Below are positions 48,163 through 63,332 of a stretch of 64,000 nt of DNA, in pieces. The stretch is from the human T2T-CHM13v2.0 reference genome, Homo sapiens. The notes under the pieces were generated by a model. It did not search any database. It was not told where the DNA came from and saw nothing but the letters and a program-made list of their open reading frames with translations. The DNA lies in assembly GCF_009914755.1 (NCBI RefSeq), contig NC_060929.1; one strand, given 5' to 3'. A program made the translations under genes and the position numbers. How positions within the stretch are numbered: position 1 is the first letter of the stretch; each line of letters starts with the position of its first letter.

Positions 48163-51100
48163 CAATGTTTTTTTTTCTTTCTTTTTGACGATCTGCTTTT
48201 ATTTTTAATGAGGACTATTTTTAATGTGGATTATTCTTAGGTCTAACAACAAATATGTTTATTTTTGTCATCCATTTTCCAAGAGCCAACTCTTGACAAA
48301 ATTGTAAATTGGGCAGAGTTTCTCACTCCACATCCCCTTGCATACGCATGGTCACTTGGGCGTCCATCCCATCCTATGAGATTTGTCGTCTCTGGGCGTT
48401 TAGGAGTGGTCTTCCCAGTTCACAGCATGGGAATACAAAAGCATGGAATTCACCATTTTTGCGACAAATATTTCAGCATCAGCTCTGGGTTATTAGATTT
48501 ACTGAGCTGTAAATAACACTGATTAAAAAACACAATAACATTATTTTTCAACAGCTTATGGCTTGGTATTTTATCAACAGGAAAAGAAAATAATTAGTGA
48601 AAAACTAGGACAAACATTGCTAGAGTACTCACCTAATCTACTTAAATAATTGTTAAAATGATACTATTCTCTAACACCATTATCATTTTATTTTTGCTTA
48701 CTTTTTCTCCTGGGAATTAGGACATCAGGATGATTTTCTCTGTTATGATATTCTGAAAATATTTTGTAAAAGTAGTAAAGAAATCATTGACTTTTCTTGG
48801 GGCAGCTGTAAGTTTGTATTGTGCTAAATTAGAGGATTTCCCACCTGCAGGTTTATTTCCTATTGATTCTAAGTCAGTACTATCACTTTCTTTGCTGTTA
48901 CATTATGACAAGAATAAGCCCCTTTAGAGTGTCAGATGACAATCCCTACTTCAATAACTGAGCAAATTCTGTACCATGTTTTGTGTTTATTTTTATTTAT
49001 ATGCCCTGGAGGTAAGGTTCAAATAGGAATAAAAATAAAGTTCTGAAAACTGTGTTTTAATGAGAGGATTACAAACACCTTCACATGTTACCTTTTCTCA
49101 CTGTAGGATTTAATATTGCATTTAACATGTTTTTATTGACAATCTACTATGTGCTAGCACTGTCATACATGCTGAGGACAGAGGCTAGGGTGGCTGCAGC
49201 AAGGTGGAGGAAGAGGTAGGCATCAGGAAGTGCATTCCCAGAGGTCACCATGAGCTAGAACACGAGGGATCTTGGTACAGAGATCCCAGGGCAATGATGT
49301 CTTTCTTATCTCAATGGTTAATGTTCCAGTAAAGTAGATTCTAGTGAAGAGAGGAAGGCTGAGGGCAAAGCCGGTACAGAGCTGTGCACAAAGCTGAAAG
49401 CGATAGCATGCTCTTTTACTACCATTTACGCCTTAAAACACCACTTCACTTAATTCCAAGCCATAACCAAGAGTCAGGCAAGGCAAGTGCCCATATGCCC
49501 ACCATAAAGGCTCAACCAGCGTACCCTCAGAGCCATGGAGCCCTCCCCCTAGACTTTCTGAGACATTCATTTTTCTCATTTGTACAACAGGAACAATAGT
49601 TTCTTCTCATGGGAATGTCATGAGTGTTCTGTAAGATAATTTTTTAAATGCCCAGCTGAGCATTGCATGCATTAAGGGCTTAATAAATATTTTTCATTAG
49701 AATGATTATATAAAGGTACTAAAGTTTTTTTCTTTTAAAGCATGGCTCAGGGCTATTTGGAAAATGATAAATACAGTCATTTGACATGTAGACATATAGG
49801 GTCATTTTCTGAGAAAAGATCATCAGCTGTAGTGATTATGGTAATTTAAGTAGAGAATTTCTCTTTTGAATAATATTCTCAGTCTTATTCCACGATATTC
49901 TTCAAATGTGTCTTTTCTTTGATCCCCCAAACATTAAATTATACTACATTAGCTAATGAAGTGAATAATGCTACTGATGGACTTGACATTTTCTGACCAG
50001 TTGAAAAAATTAACCCTGCTGAATATAAACAGCCAGGAAATTGGTGACCTTTCAGCCATTAGCATCATTATGAAGCATAAAAAAGGTAAAGGGAAAATGA
50101 TTTATGCCTTGAAAATGAATTGTGGAGTCATTCATCCCTGTGAGCACAACATTGGGTTTCTAAGAAGGCAGTTTTCCCAGCTGCTGTTTAAATGCGTAAA
50201 CCAAAATGAAGATTAATGCCACAGTATCTCAGAAATGCAGGTTTCAATGTGTTTATCACCATGCTGCAGCTTGATGCTGTGGATATTATGTGCTTATACT
50301 GATATGCTATTATTATCAGCCCCATTTTGCAGATGAGGAAGCTAATGCTGAGAAGAACCTCATCAACAAGTTGGTTTCTCATATCCTGCCTTTCAAGATC
50401 ATAGTGTGAGATTGTGAAGACTCCAATCTGAATTGATCTATGCTTATATCATATAGACATAGAAAATGACACTCCATAGCTTAAATAGCAGTTATAGGAC
50501 AATTGTGCACCTTTAGCATTGTACCTGTTCTTCCTTTCACTTACTCATTTGTTGAAAAGTTAACAAATGAGAAAAATAAGACACAATGGGTCAGAGTTCT
50601 TTCCATGCAGTAAGCAAGTAGGAGACTACTGGCCTGCACCTCTGATCTCCTATCCTTTCATCATTAACCATGTACCAGGCACGCAGGCCTTTTCTCTGTG
50701 CCTTAATATATTAAATTTATTCTTACCTCAAAATGTTGCTCTTGCTATTTTCTTTTGACTCATTTCCCGGCAGAGTTCATTTTATTGTCTCTTTCTTGAC
50801 TTTAGGTCTGGGCTTAGGTATTACCTCTAGTGAGGGGTCTTTCCTGGGCTCCCTCTCCCACAGTCATCAGCTCTGCTCATTCCCGATCACTTTACATTTT
50901 CTGGATAATATTTTTTCTATTTATGTGTGTATTAATGAATTGCTTGTATCCTCCACTTGAATGTACAATCAATAAGGTGTAAACTCACCCATCTTTTTCA
51001 ATATTGAATCCTCAGTTCAGTGCACATAGTAGTCACTTAGTAAACCTTATTTATTGTACAGACAAATTTTGTAACGAGGAGAAATATCATATGAGGAAGT

Positions 51101-51613
51101 GCTTCTAATGCCTCCATGTAAAATAGTTTTCTATTATATGGATTGTATTGTACTTAGTAATCAGAGCCTGAATGTGAAAATTACTAATTATTATTATTAA
51201 GATCAAAACAAGAGGTAGAATTTGCTCAATTATATGAGTCTCTGCTTGACACTCTACAGGAAAATGTAGTCTTGGCATAATAAAACAACAAAACAAGCAG
51301 CAGTCCTGACTTAAAATCAAAGAGAACTTGACCCACAGGTTTAGCATAACACAATGTTACAGGGACTCCAGAAAGCTACTATAGTGAATCTTATGTCAGA
51401 ACTCATTTCTTTTCTCCTTTTACATAATAGTGCCAGAGTATCACAAGAGAAAAAAATTTTTATACTGTAATATACCCAGGGAAATTAAAAAATGGTGTGG
51501 CAACAGAGAGAACAATTTAAAGAAGGTTCACAGGGAATCTACAAGCAGGGAGATGTACTCTCAGGCTATAATATTCATTTCCTTAACATATGCACACATA
51601 CACATGCATTTGT

Positions 51614-51653
51614 GCACACACACACACACACGCACACACACACGCACACACAC
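51614..51653. repeat. (CA)n microsatellite with CG interruptions
   Basis: Directly visible dinucleotide run. Confidence 0.9.
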
Positions 51654-53107
51654 TTACTATTCCACCATCTTAACTTCCTGATTTAGCTTATTTACAGTAA
51701 GTATTTCATCTGATAGAAAGCGAGATATTTTTTCTCTTGACAATGTGGGGCTAAAGTGAATTAGAGACCAGGGGCACTTGAAGGGATAAAGTTGGAGCAT
51801 GGTGGAACAGTGGGCAGGAAGGAAATGTTCTAATGTGCTCTGTGACTGCAAATTTAATCAGAGTTAACATTTAGTAGGATATTACCATGTGCTGTGCAGA
51901 ATTCTTAGTCCTTTTTTTATATTATTTAATTTTCAAAACAGTCTCCAGAAGTAGGCACTATTGAAATCTGTCTAAAGGATGCCAAAAAAAGAAAAGAAAA
52001 AGAAATTTAGAGAATTAAATAATGTGTTTGATGTTACATAGGCAATAAGTAGTAAGTAAGGCTCAGATGCGTGACAAGATGTGCACCACTCCGATGCTCA
52101 TAATGTTGAGATGTGCCTCCACTGTTATAGTATCATATCATAATGCTATGGCAATAGCACTTAAAAAGTATTTATTATGTACCTAACACTGTTCAAGGTC
52201 CTCTCTACATTTTAGCTCATTTAACACTCACAATATCTATGAAATAAGTGTTATTGTAATTTCCATTTTACAAATGGAAAGCATCAAAGCTAGAGTAGTT
52301 TAATAGCTTGCCTGAGTTCTCAGCTGGGAACTTTGAAGGTTTTGAACCCAAGCAGTCTGGCTGCAGAATTAGTCCTCTTGAGCAGTGTGCAATACACTTT
52401 GACAATATGGGCTATGGTGTTTTTGTATTTCTTGATCCCAAGGTCCCATGATCACTGATTTGGAAGGAAAACCTACTATGATCTGAACTCCTCTGCAAGT
52501 GGACACTATCAACCAGTACTGAGTTCTAGACATCAAAAAGAGAAAAATAAATGATCTCTCACAATGAGAGCCCTAGTGGCTGAACAGCCCTGATATCTAA
52601 CAGTTCCGGGACATAGCTTTTTGACTCAGAGACCCCTTCTAGGAAAGCCCAAAGTATGGACTTTTTTTCCTAAGGGAAAACAGGGGTGGAAGGGCCTGTT
52701 TGTTTATATGTTTATTGTGGTTTATGTGTTTACTTGCCCGTTTCCTAGTGTTCCCCCTCTAGCATATATAATTCATCCAAGAAGGGACCTTTTCTGGCTT
52801 GTTAAGTTTTACATGTACAATTCTTAACCCAGTACCTGGAAAGTCATAGGCATTCAATAGATAACTGTCCAAAAAAATGAACTTTGTAAGGAATTTTCTG
52901 GAGGCAGTAGAAAGTGAAATAGCATGAAGATGTGGGAGTAAGGCCCAACTTTGTTTATAGCCTTGTTCTCCCATATTATAGTAATATGATTGGAGTCAAA
53001 CACAAGCAAGTTCTTTCCCTGCTCCAAATTTTATAATAAAATAACCTTGGGCAAGTCACATAACCTTTCAGAGTCTGAAACTCCTCATGTGGGAAGTGGG
53101 GAATAAA

Positions 53108-53705
53108 CACAGCGCTGTTTTCAATAGCTAAGATTTAGAAGCAACCTAAGTGTCCATCAACAGATGAATGGATAAAGAAAATGTGGTACATATACACAAT
53201 GGAGTGCTATTCTGCCATAAAAAAATATGAGATTCTATCATTTGCAGCAACATAGATGGAACTGAAGATCATTATGTTAAGTGAAATAAGCCAGGCACAG
53301 AAACACAAACATCACATATGTTCACTTATTTGTGGATCTACAAATCAAAAAAATTGAACTCATGAATGGAGAGTAGAAGGATGGTTACCAGAGGCTGGGA
53401 AGGGTAGTGGGGGGTTGGGGATGGTGAGGTGAGGATGGTTAATAAGCACAAAAAAATATTTAAAAAGAATGAATAAGACCTACTATTTGATTGCACAATA
53501 GAGTGACCATAGTCAATAATAACTTAATGTTACATTTTAAAATAACTTAAAGTGTATAATTGGATTGTTCGTCACTCAAAGGATAAATGCTTGAGGGGAT
53601 AGATACCCCTTCTCCATGATGTGCTTATTTCACATTGCATGCTTGTGTCAAAACATCTCATGTACCCCATAAATACATGTACCTGCTATGTACCCACAAT
53701 AATTA
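53108..53705 (+). mobile_element. L1MA2-like 3' fragment inserted in a MIR
   Basis: Closely parallels the 3' end of the element at 27880-28470. Confidence 0.85.
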
Positions 53706-54762
53706 GGGATAATAATAATACATAGATTAGATTCCTTCTTGTCCTCTACAGCCCTCCTCCTTGATTGCATTTTGTGTCAACTATAATATGAGCACATACT
53801 AAGGTATCAAAAGCATTTTGGTTTCTTCTTCACCTGAGAAAGTTTTTTAAACAATATACTCACATATATTTGGTAATTATCCTTCTTTAAAACATGTAGT
53901 AAATATAGATACGAATATTTATGCGATTTCAGTAAGTATAAAAGGGATATAGCACAGGATGCAGAATGCTATTTCATTTATGTAAAAACAAAGGTGTATA
54001 TCTCCATATTAAAAGTGGCACTAATGGTAAGGATTGTGAATAATTTTCTTTCATTTTTTAAAAGTTTGTCCTTATTTTTAATACCTTCTGCAATGAACAT
54101 AGTGTTATTTTGTACACAAAAACACCATGCCTCAAGTTGTAGGGCTTGAGTAGTACAAAGCAGAGGGAAAAAGTCTTTATATAGGGTGGAGACTTTATTT
54201 TTCAATTAAATTTAGAGAGAATAAAAGGCATATTTCCCAGGAGCAGAGATTCAGATAATTTCCTTTATGCCTCCATAGGTCTTTTTCTAAAAGAACTGGA
54301 GATCAGGAAGTTTAAAACTCTGCCGAAATGTGGCATGTAAAGACCTAACAGAGATTTTCTCTGTATAACTGGTGAAGTGACGCAGAAAATGAATGCTCCT
54401 TGGCATAACACAATCTGATAAATAATGGTCATTGCTAAGGTGGGATGCAGGCATGGCTCTCACTTCATTCAGATATTCCCACACTCTGTAATAGATAGGC
54501 TCCTAGAAATATCCGTAGGGATTGAATTTCTGTCAATTCAATTGTGAAAGGAAGTCACTACATAAAGTCACTGCATAAAGTAATTGCAAAAGGAAGTCAC
54601 TACATAAAGTAATGAAAATTTGTATGAAAGACAATTAGCTCCTTAGCTCCTCCTCTTTCATTCTAGTTTCATTTCTCTCAATTTACTTTTTACTTTTTTA
54701 AGCTAATTCAATAAAATAGAATAACATAAAATAAACATATTTGTGTATTATTAACCACGTAG

Positions 54763-55183
<421 letters not shown>

Positions 55184-56019
55184 TATACATTCTTTTAGTT
55201 ATGGATTTGAATACATCCATAAACTATATGTTTTGAAAGAATATATGTTTCTGAGACTCTAGTTACATGATCCCAAATTGTTTTGCAGAAGTGTTATACA
55301 AGTTCCATCGGCAGCATAAAAAAGTTTGCATTTCTCACCAACTAATTTTGGCTATTATTTTTTAAAAAAGATAATGTGACAGTTAAAGATGATCTCTAAT
55401 ATTAGAAGAATTTTCATTTCCTTTCTTTCTAGTATGAAAATTTTTCCTAAAGGGTTTACCTAACTTTGCTGTGCCTTTTGATTCCTATAGTGGATCATAG
55501 TACAAACTTGGGAGGCAAAATTGTTCATCGGAATGTATAGTATTCCATTTCTCAGCTGAATAATCTTGGTCAAGTTGCTTAACTTCTCCATACCTTATAA
55601 AATAGCAAGAATAATAGTAACTAATCCAGAAGACTGATACTAAGATTATGTTAAAATATATAACATTATTGGAACCAATGATTAGCAAATAGAAAGCGTT
55701 CAGTAAATGTAAACTTTTATTATTTTTCTGAGTTAACAATTTGGTGTCCTTCTCTGGGCAGTGTTCCTTAAGAGAATCATTGATAAACTGTGAAGAATAC
55801 AGAGGAGAGTGTTCAGGATGACATGAGGTCTAGATGTGCCATGAACAGTAGATAAAAGCTGATGTAGTGTTTTGACTTGGTGTGATATGGAAGTGTAAGA
55901 GATATTTTCAGATATTTGAAGGGATTTACACAGAAGAGGGAATAGATAATCTCCTGATGACTCCATAAGGCAGAGCTAGGACCAAGAAGCAGATTTTTGA
56001 ATAATTTTTAATAATGAGA

Positions 56020-56500
56020 ATGTAGTGGACATCTTTTTTTCCTGTCCAGTACCCATTTCTCCTCCGTTGGGAACAATAGAATCCTGATTTATGTTTGAGA
56101 CCAGTTGTCTCCCACTCTAAATTCAGGTGCTCTGAGTGAGATAAACTATTTCCAGTTTGGGCACTTTACTAAGGCCTGACTAACTCATTATTTTATCCCC
56201 TTGACACTGTTAGTGGCTCAGGAATTGAAACATAATAATTGTCAGTCCAGTGAGATTCAAGTTCTGGATTTTGCTGAAGCTTTGTATCTGAAGTGGGAAG
56301 CGTAAAAAATTGGAGCTGTCAGCCACCATCTTGTCAACATCCCAGAGGAGCCTGTTGGAGAGTGAACCCAATAACAAAAAGCACTGTCCCTGATGGTATT
56401 GTGTGAGCCCCTGAATCCAGCTTCGCATGAATGCACACTTGGTATCACCAGTTATGTCAATGTTTGAATTTCAATGAGTTGTACTTCTATCACTTGCAAC
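56020..56500 (+). mobile_element. MLT1J/K-like MaLR LTR
   Basis: ggagctgtcagccaccatcttg...gagcccctgaatccagc...tcacttgcaac motifs; boundaries approximate. Confidence 0.55.
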
Positions 56501-56791
56501 TCAAGGAAGTGTGGGTTATTTGAGACTAAGAAGATTCTTCATCATTTTAGGTGCTCAAACTAAGGATGGATGAGATCACTCTGAGGTATTGTTAGCAGTT
56601 ATTCATGCTTCAGATAAGGAATAAAATCAGACCTTTGAATGAATTTCCCATATTAAAATTCCGTGAGAGTTTTTTTTCGTTATTTTGGAGCTTTCCCCAG
56701 GTAAGTGAAGGTTGCTTGACGTTTTGCCTGAATTTATATTGGAAAATACATCTATCCATCTGGAAATCCTAGTCATTTTAGGTAAGAGAGG

Positions 56792-57130
56792 TGTGCCAAA
56801 TATCTTCCATTTGCCACTGAAGATGCACCTTACACCCTTTTCCATCTCACCCTGTGCCTTGGAAGGGCTGACCATGTGTAGGTTACATCAGTGGGTTCTC
56901 TTTCCCTTTGACTTGTGTCAAGAGCTGGTAAGAGATTGGAGGCCCAAAGAGTGTGGTGCTGATGTTCCTTTCTCTGTGTCCATCCCTGCAGCATCACCAT
57001 GGCCTGACTGCTTCCCTTAAGCAAAGCTTATGGTGCTTTTAAGTGAGTCTTTCTGCACAGCTCTCTCGATCTCTAGGTTTTGTTAAGTGCTCTCTTACCA
57101 TGTCCTTTCATACCTAGGAATGCCAATGAT
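56792..57130 (+). mobile_element. LTR33-like ERVL LTR fragment
   Basis: tgtgccaaatatcttccatttgcc...ccctgtgccttggaagggctgacc resembles the LTR33 5' part. Confidence 0.55.
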
Positions 57131-59359
57131 GCAATTCCCTGCTTAAACCTATGACTCTCCCAGGTGCCCGGATCCTGGCCCAAGAAATGTAGCCATGTTA
57201 TAAAGTGATAGGCCAGCACTGATAGCTCTAAAAAAAGCCATTTATAATTCAGCTTGAAGTTGTTGATAATTAATCAAATATATCATGGTAAAAATAATTA
57301 ACTAAACCAGTAAATAATCATGCTAAAAAGTTAATGTTGGAAACTTGTTGAATATATACGTTTTATATATTTTTTTAATCTACACTGAGTCTTGGATAAC
57401 TGTTAGTTTCAACGCTTATGTAGAGATCTTATTAAAAAGGGTCTCAGGAATCATTAATACAAGATTATGAAGAGCACGAATCGCTGGTTTATTAAGTTGA
57501 ACATTTTATATCTTATGGAGCCAGTGTGTATATTGATTGAAAGTATGGCCTTGGATGTCAAAGACACCTGCATTTGACTCCTAAATTAAGTACTAACGAG
57601 CTGCATACCCTTGAGAAATTAAATAAGTTTTCTAAACTCTACTTCATTTGTAAAATAAAGGTTCTAATACAATAGTATTATGCATTGTATATAAAGCACA
57701 TAGTAACACTAAATGATCAATTAAATGTTAGCTATTAGTATCTTTGTGACTACTGTCATGTTTTCTCCATGAATAGGTATCATTTTGCCATCTATATGTA
57801 AGGTTCATAAACTCAGAAGTCTATAGGGGCAGGAGGTAATGTATATAAGTGAAGACACGTAGGCATAAGAAATCATTTTGCCCTCTTAATCTCCTCTTTA
57901 TGGTCCTTTTGATAGTGATATCGAGAGTGATATTTCACTGCTCTAAGGAAAAATACCATTTAAGCATAATGACAAACAGCAAGTGACCCTGAGCCTAGTT
58001 TTTCAGGAAGGGGAACAGTCACATTCCAGCTCTTGGTGAGTGTTACGTTGTAGGAATATGGATCAAGTATTGCCAGACTTTTTCAAGAGAAAAATACTTG
58101 CTATTTCAAGATTATTTAGAAAATTTGGATTTTTATGTGAAACATATAAATTTTAAAATATTGTCTTAATGTTTCTTAAGACCATGTCAGGAGAATAAAA
58201 CACATCTGTAGACTAAATTGAGAGCATAAGTTACCCATGTGAGTTCTGACCTAGCGGATTAAAATTGCCTGGTTCTCTTTAGTCATCTGTTCTAGTCTAC
58301 AGAAAGCAGGAAAATCAAGGGTTAATTCAGCATCCACAAAATTTTCTTCTGTGATGGAGTTCAGGATAAGGCAGCCCTTGAGAAATTAGTGTTTGACTAC
58401 AATAGAATTTCTCTTCCTTCCTCTGGCCCCGCTGTTCCTAACACTATGTCCCTGGTCCCAACAATGCCAAGTGAAGAAGAGGAGAGAGGTCAGCAGTGAA
58501 CAGATCCTTAAGGGTAACAGTTTCTCTTGGCAAAGAAGCTAAGAAAGGAAAATCAAGAAGGACCTGGAAACTTTAGTTTTACTTATCTTTTGGTTATCAC
58601 AGTTAAAACAAACTATGCTAACTGGGGGAAAAGAGATCCTGGCCTGACCTCCTTTCTGTTCTGTTTTTCCACTTGCCTGTGGGCTTCATTAAATATTCAA
58701 GAAACAAGCTGGTCTTAGGAAGCTTGAAATTAGCTGAAACCAGAGAGCCATCCCTAAACTAGGCACCCTACAACATGTACATAGTTATTCCTTCTTAAGA
58801 AAGTGCTTGGGGTGAAGAAGCATGGGGCTGGAATCTGATCTCCTTGAAGCCCTTCAACTTCCCCAAAAGGATTGAAAATTACCCAATAGTGGGTTTGCAG
58901 TGGAAACTGGTAGGAGGATGGAGTGCCATCAAATTCCAAGTTCTTAGGAAGGGATTTAATTTTCTTCAGTGCCCTTCACAGAGTTCATAAATTCTCTATT
59001 TAATATTTCTTTATACATTCTTTGTGCTCCACTCTTATTTTCACCTGGGCTTATTCAGTCATTCAGTTATTTAATGAAACTTCCGTTCATTTAGTTTTTA
59101 TTAAGTGACTATTATGTATGTCCTAGACACTATGCCAGGCACTAGGGATACTATTGAAACCAAGAAACTGTATAGAGGATGAGAGAAATTTTAAATAACT
59201 GCCCAAATAATTACTGACAATTCCAATGGGAATGGGAGTGCAGCCTTTATGATTCCTCCTACCTCATTTGATATACATTTAAATTTTCCACTACTTTGTG
59301 AATCCAGAATCAATCAGTCTTATAAACAATGCTTTATGTTTAAATATGCCTTCTTTAAT

Positions 59360-59580
59360 TTTGGATTCAGAATGGCTGGATTTAAATCCTGACTCCTTCA
59401 TATTTACCAGCTGTGTAAGTTTGGCCACATTACTTAACTTTTCTGTGCCTCAATGTATTTATAAGATGGGATTATTATAATACCTGACTCATAATACCAT
59501 TGAGCCAATAAAAGAGAAAATAAAATGAGCTTGGCACAATGTCTCTCCTAGTTAATGCTCATTATAATAGCTTCTAATAA
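59360..59580 (+). mobile_element. MIR SINE
   Basis: ggatttaaatcctgactcc...ttacttaacttttctgtgcctcaa...aagatgggattattataatacct core. Confidence 0.7.
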
Positions 59581-62500
59581 TGATATTAATATTAATTTGT
59601 TATATTATTAATAATCATCTATTGAATAGGTATGTAGATCATAGTAAACAAAATACTCTAAATCTAAGCAGATTTATACTGCATGGAAGACTGAGATAAT
59701 TGAAATTACAAACAACAAAAAAGCAAAAATAGGTAAGAGGAGGGGAGTTGTGGTTTGAATTGTTTAAATTAGCTGTGATTGCAGTGTAGTAACACTGCCA
59801 TCATAATTTTTCTATGAATTTAATTACTAATTGAAAAAAATCAGGTCCAAGGTTTTCATGAAAATATACAATTGCTTAAAATCTATGTTTTATTTATCCA
59901 ATATTGACAACTAGTTCTAAACTGCTGAATATATTAGACAGGGCTATTGGATGCAATATTATTTAGACAACTATTGGTTGCAAGTGACAGAAACCAAACA
60001 TGAATTAGTTTTTAGAGGGAAATTGGCATCAAGAAGAATAGGAGTTGATCAACATTTCTCATTCTCTCTTTCTTTTCTCCGGTGATCTCTGTGTTTTAGC
60101 TTTTAAATTTCTTTTACAGATGAATATTCTTCTTACAGCGTGGAACTTGTCCTCATGTCACCATCAGTTTAGGGAGCATTTCCACAATCCTAGCTTGATT
60201 TTGAAAAATCTGGGCAAGGAGTCTGGTTGTCACTGCTTAGGTCACATTCCCACACACTGTGGCAAAGGATGGAGGGATGTACTAAGCTACTGTTACCTTC
60301 AGTCAGTACCCTCCCCTCTAACCAGTGATTTGAGTGTATTACCAGAAGTAGTGATGCGAAATTGGGTGTATGTAGCACAAGTTTGAAAATTTTGTGAAGC
60401 AGTCAGCCAAACCAGTTTGTATCCACTTTATGGGAACAGAAAGAGGTTAATAATCTTTCCTTACATGTGTTTTTCCATAGCATGTGATGATTGTTAGATT
60501 TATTCTAAAGGCATTTGGGATATAATGACTTTTTAGAAGTTTTACTCTAAGTTCACTTTTTTCACTTTATGTTTACAAAATTAGACTTCATAATTTTTCA
60601 ATTTATATCCTAGTCTGATTTTTTTACAATATCTTGTTAGTCCCTTAATATCCATACAGATAATCCTGGCAACTTCAAAACGGACTGTAGGCATTACTAA
60701 CATTTAAAAAATATTTGTACTTTATTGTTAAAAATAAAATCCTGAGGGGAGAAATAAAAGTGCCATGTTTTTTATCTTTATAATTCCATAAAAATATATG
60801 CACAAAAGTGTTCTTTAAATGGGGTAAGGATAAAACATACAGGTCACTGTGGCACATAGTGAGATATAAATTGATGTATACTCCTCTCTTCCATACCCTT
60901 TTCTCTGAAGAAAGTTAAGGTATTTCAGATCCAGTTTGCATGCAAATTCTTATACAACAGAACAGATGTTTCACTCTGGATTTCATACTGTGTAATTATT
61001 ACAAGAGAGAAATCAGGATTCTTAGACACTGAAAACTCAGACACTTTTTTTTTCCTGATAAAGAGCTTTTTCACATTTGTATACCCATTCTTCTCCTCTC
61101 AAATCTCTCCACACCTTAAACATTGTCTCTTTAATTTGGCAAATAGAAAAGAAAATCTCCAGTCTATTCAAAACTTATTTTCTAAATGTGTGATACTCAT
61201 AAAAATTCATGGCAGTTAGATGCGTATTACTCAAACATTTAGGATATGACTACCTGATGTACACTACACTGTGATGAAAATTAAGTTGCTTGATGATGAG
61301 TTTCTATATTACAACATTGCAAGAAACATTTGGCTGATGAGAGGCTGTCTATCTTGAAACCAATTATGATTTTATTTTACAACCAGCTTTTACTATCATC
61401 TTTTAACTCTGGGGATGAAGCAATTAAATTTCAATTAAAAATCAAGAAGCTTTTGTCTGCAATGAAATGCTTTATTCAGAGAGAATTCATTAAGTAGCTA
61501 CTGTAAGTAGAACCCTGCACTGATAGAACTAGACTGAATGAAGAATTACTGTTATTACTCTAATGCCATTATTATTACAAGACCAGTGGAAGATTTAGAA
61601 TATCATAGCAAATATCTCCATAGAAAATGCAGTTGAACTGCACTGTTGATCAATATGATTTTAGATTTTATCAATTTTGTGAGTAATCTGAGAAATACAG
61701 AGAAAGAAAGTGGTTTCTCTAAAGTGATAAATGAAATTTACCTAGGTTTTTTGAATCCCAAACTGCCCTGCTCGGAATTTTCCACACATCAGTGGAAGAA
61801 TGCTATTAAATTTTAAGAAAGACTTAAAAATAACCCTGCTTTTCTCCTTTTTTTAAAGAAAAAGCTGGAATGTACTGTGGCTTGTTGAAAGCAGATGCAT
61901 TGATTTCTTTTTGAGCTTGGAATTCAACAAGAGGATGCCTTCTCCTTTTGTCATGCTCAATGATACATTTAGGGTGCCTATTACATGTAGTGAAAATACT
62001 CATACAAGTTTTAGGAAAAATCCCCAGACTCAGTTACACAAACATAAACTACCTTACTCATCAAAATAAAACAAAAACAAAAACAACAACAGTGAAAACT
62101 CTGAAAAGCATCATTCTGCCAAGATAATCACTTGTTAATTACAGTTCAATATTAAAGTCTTTTGTGAGCTTGCAATGAGTTTAGATTTTCCTTGTGTACA
62201 TTTTGAACTGTTAGCCCAATGCATTCACGTACATTTTAAAAAATGTCATTTGTAGGATATCAGATGGGTGAAATCAACTAGATTGCAAACTCCTTCGGGA
62301 CAAGGAGAATGTATAATACATTCCTGTAACCCCTGTGAGCATGATGTCTTGCTCATGATTAATATTTAGATGTAGGGTGATGAATGAATCAATAAGTGAA
62401 TATGTAAAATAAACATTAATCAAAGAAATGAAGCTAGTTCAGATTTGGGGTTGGTTAAAAATAAGAACAAATATGAAAAATTTGATGAATCTGAGTCCTT

Positions 62501-62683
62501 AAGTTGGTCTTAGAAAGCAGCTTTATGGATGACAGGAGCTAAAAGTACCAGAGTTCTACAGGTTATGAACACCCAGACAATCAAACCCTCTAAAACTCTG
62601 GGTTGGAACTAACTCTGCATTTCTTATACGGGTGCCCATGTGTAGCCATTTCCCAAACTGGTGCTCTCAGAACACTTTTTTTC

Positions 62684-63332
62684 TTTTTCTTTTCTTTTTT
62701 TTTAAATTTATTATTATTATACTTTAAGTTTTAGGGTACATGTGCACAATGTGCAGGTTAGTTACATATGTATACATGTGCTGTGCTGGTGCGCTGCACC
62801 CACTAACTCATCATCTAGCATTAGGTATATCTCCTAATGCTATCCCTCCCCCCTCCCCCCACCCCACAACAGTCCCCAGAGTGTGATGTTCCCCTTCCTG
62901 TGTCCACGTGTCCTCATTGTTCTATTCCCACCTATGAGTGAGAATATGCGGTGTTTGGTTTTTTGTTCTTGTGATAGTTTACTGAGAATGATGATTTCCA
63001 ATTTCATCTCTGTCCCTACAAAGGACGTGAATTCATCATTTTTTATGACTGCATAGTATTCCATGGTGTATATGTGCCACATTTTCTTAATCCAGTCTAT
63101 CATTGTTGGACATTTGGGTTGGTTCCAAGTCTTTGCTATTGTGAATAATGCTGCAATAAACATACGTGTGCATGTGTCTTTATAGCAGCATGATTTATAA
63201 TCCTTTGGGTATATACCCAGTAATGGGATGGCTGGGTCAAATGGTATTTCTAGTTCTAGATCCCTGAGGAATCACCACATTGACTTCCACAAGGGTTGAA
63301 CTAGTTTACAGTCCCACCAACAGTGTAAAAGT
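62684..63332 (-). mobile_element. Young 5'-truncated L1 (L1PA2/L1PA3-type), 649 bp
   Basis: Near-consensus ORF2 end and 3'UTR; GAG rather than ACA at the Ta diagnostic site; perfect 15-bp TSD AGAACACTTTTTTTC at 62669-62683 and 63333-63347. Confidence 0.93.

Noticed and set aside
48327-48506. Possible minus-strand exon (TTATTTACAG acceptor, GGA|GTGAGA donor, some CpGs)
   Set aside because: Stops in all three frames and only moderate splice signals; a non-coding exon cannot be supported without RNA data
57795-58250. hAT-Charlie (MER102-like) DNA transposon relic
   Set aside because: The resemblance is too degenerate to fix boundaries or family without a profile search
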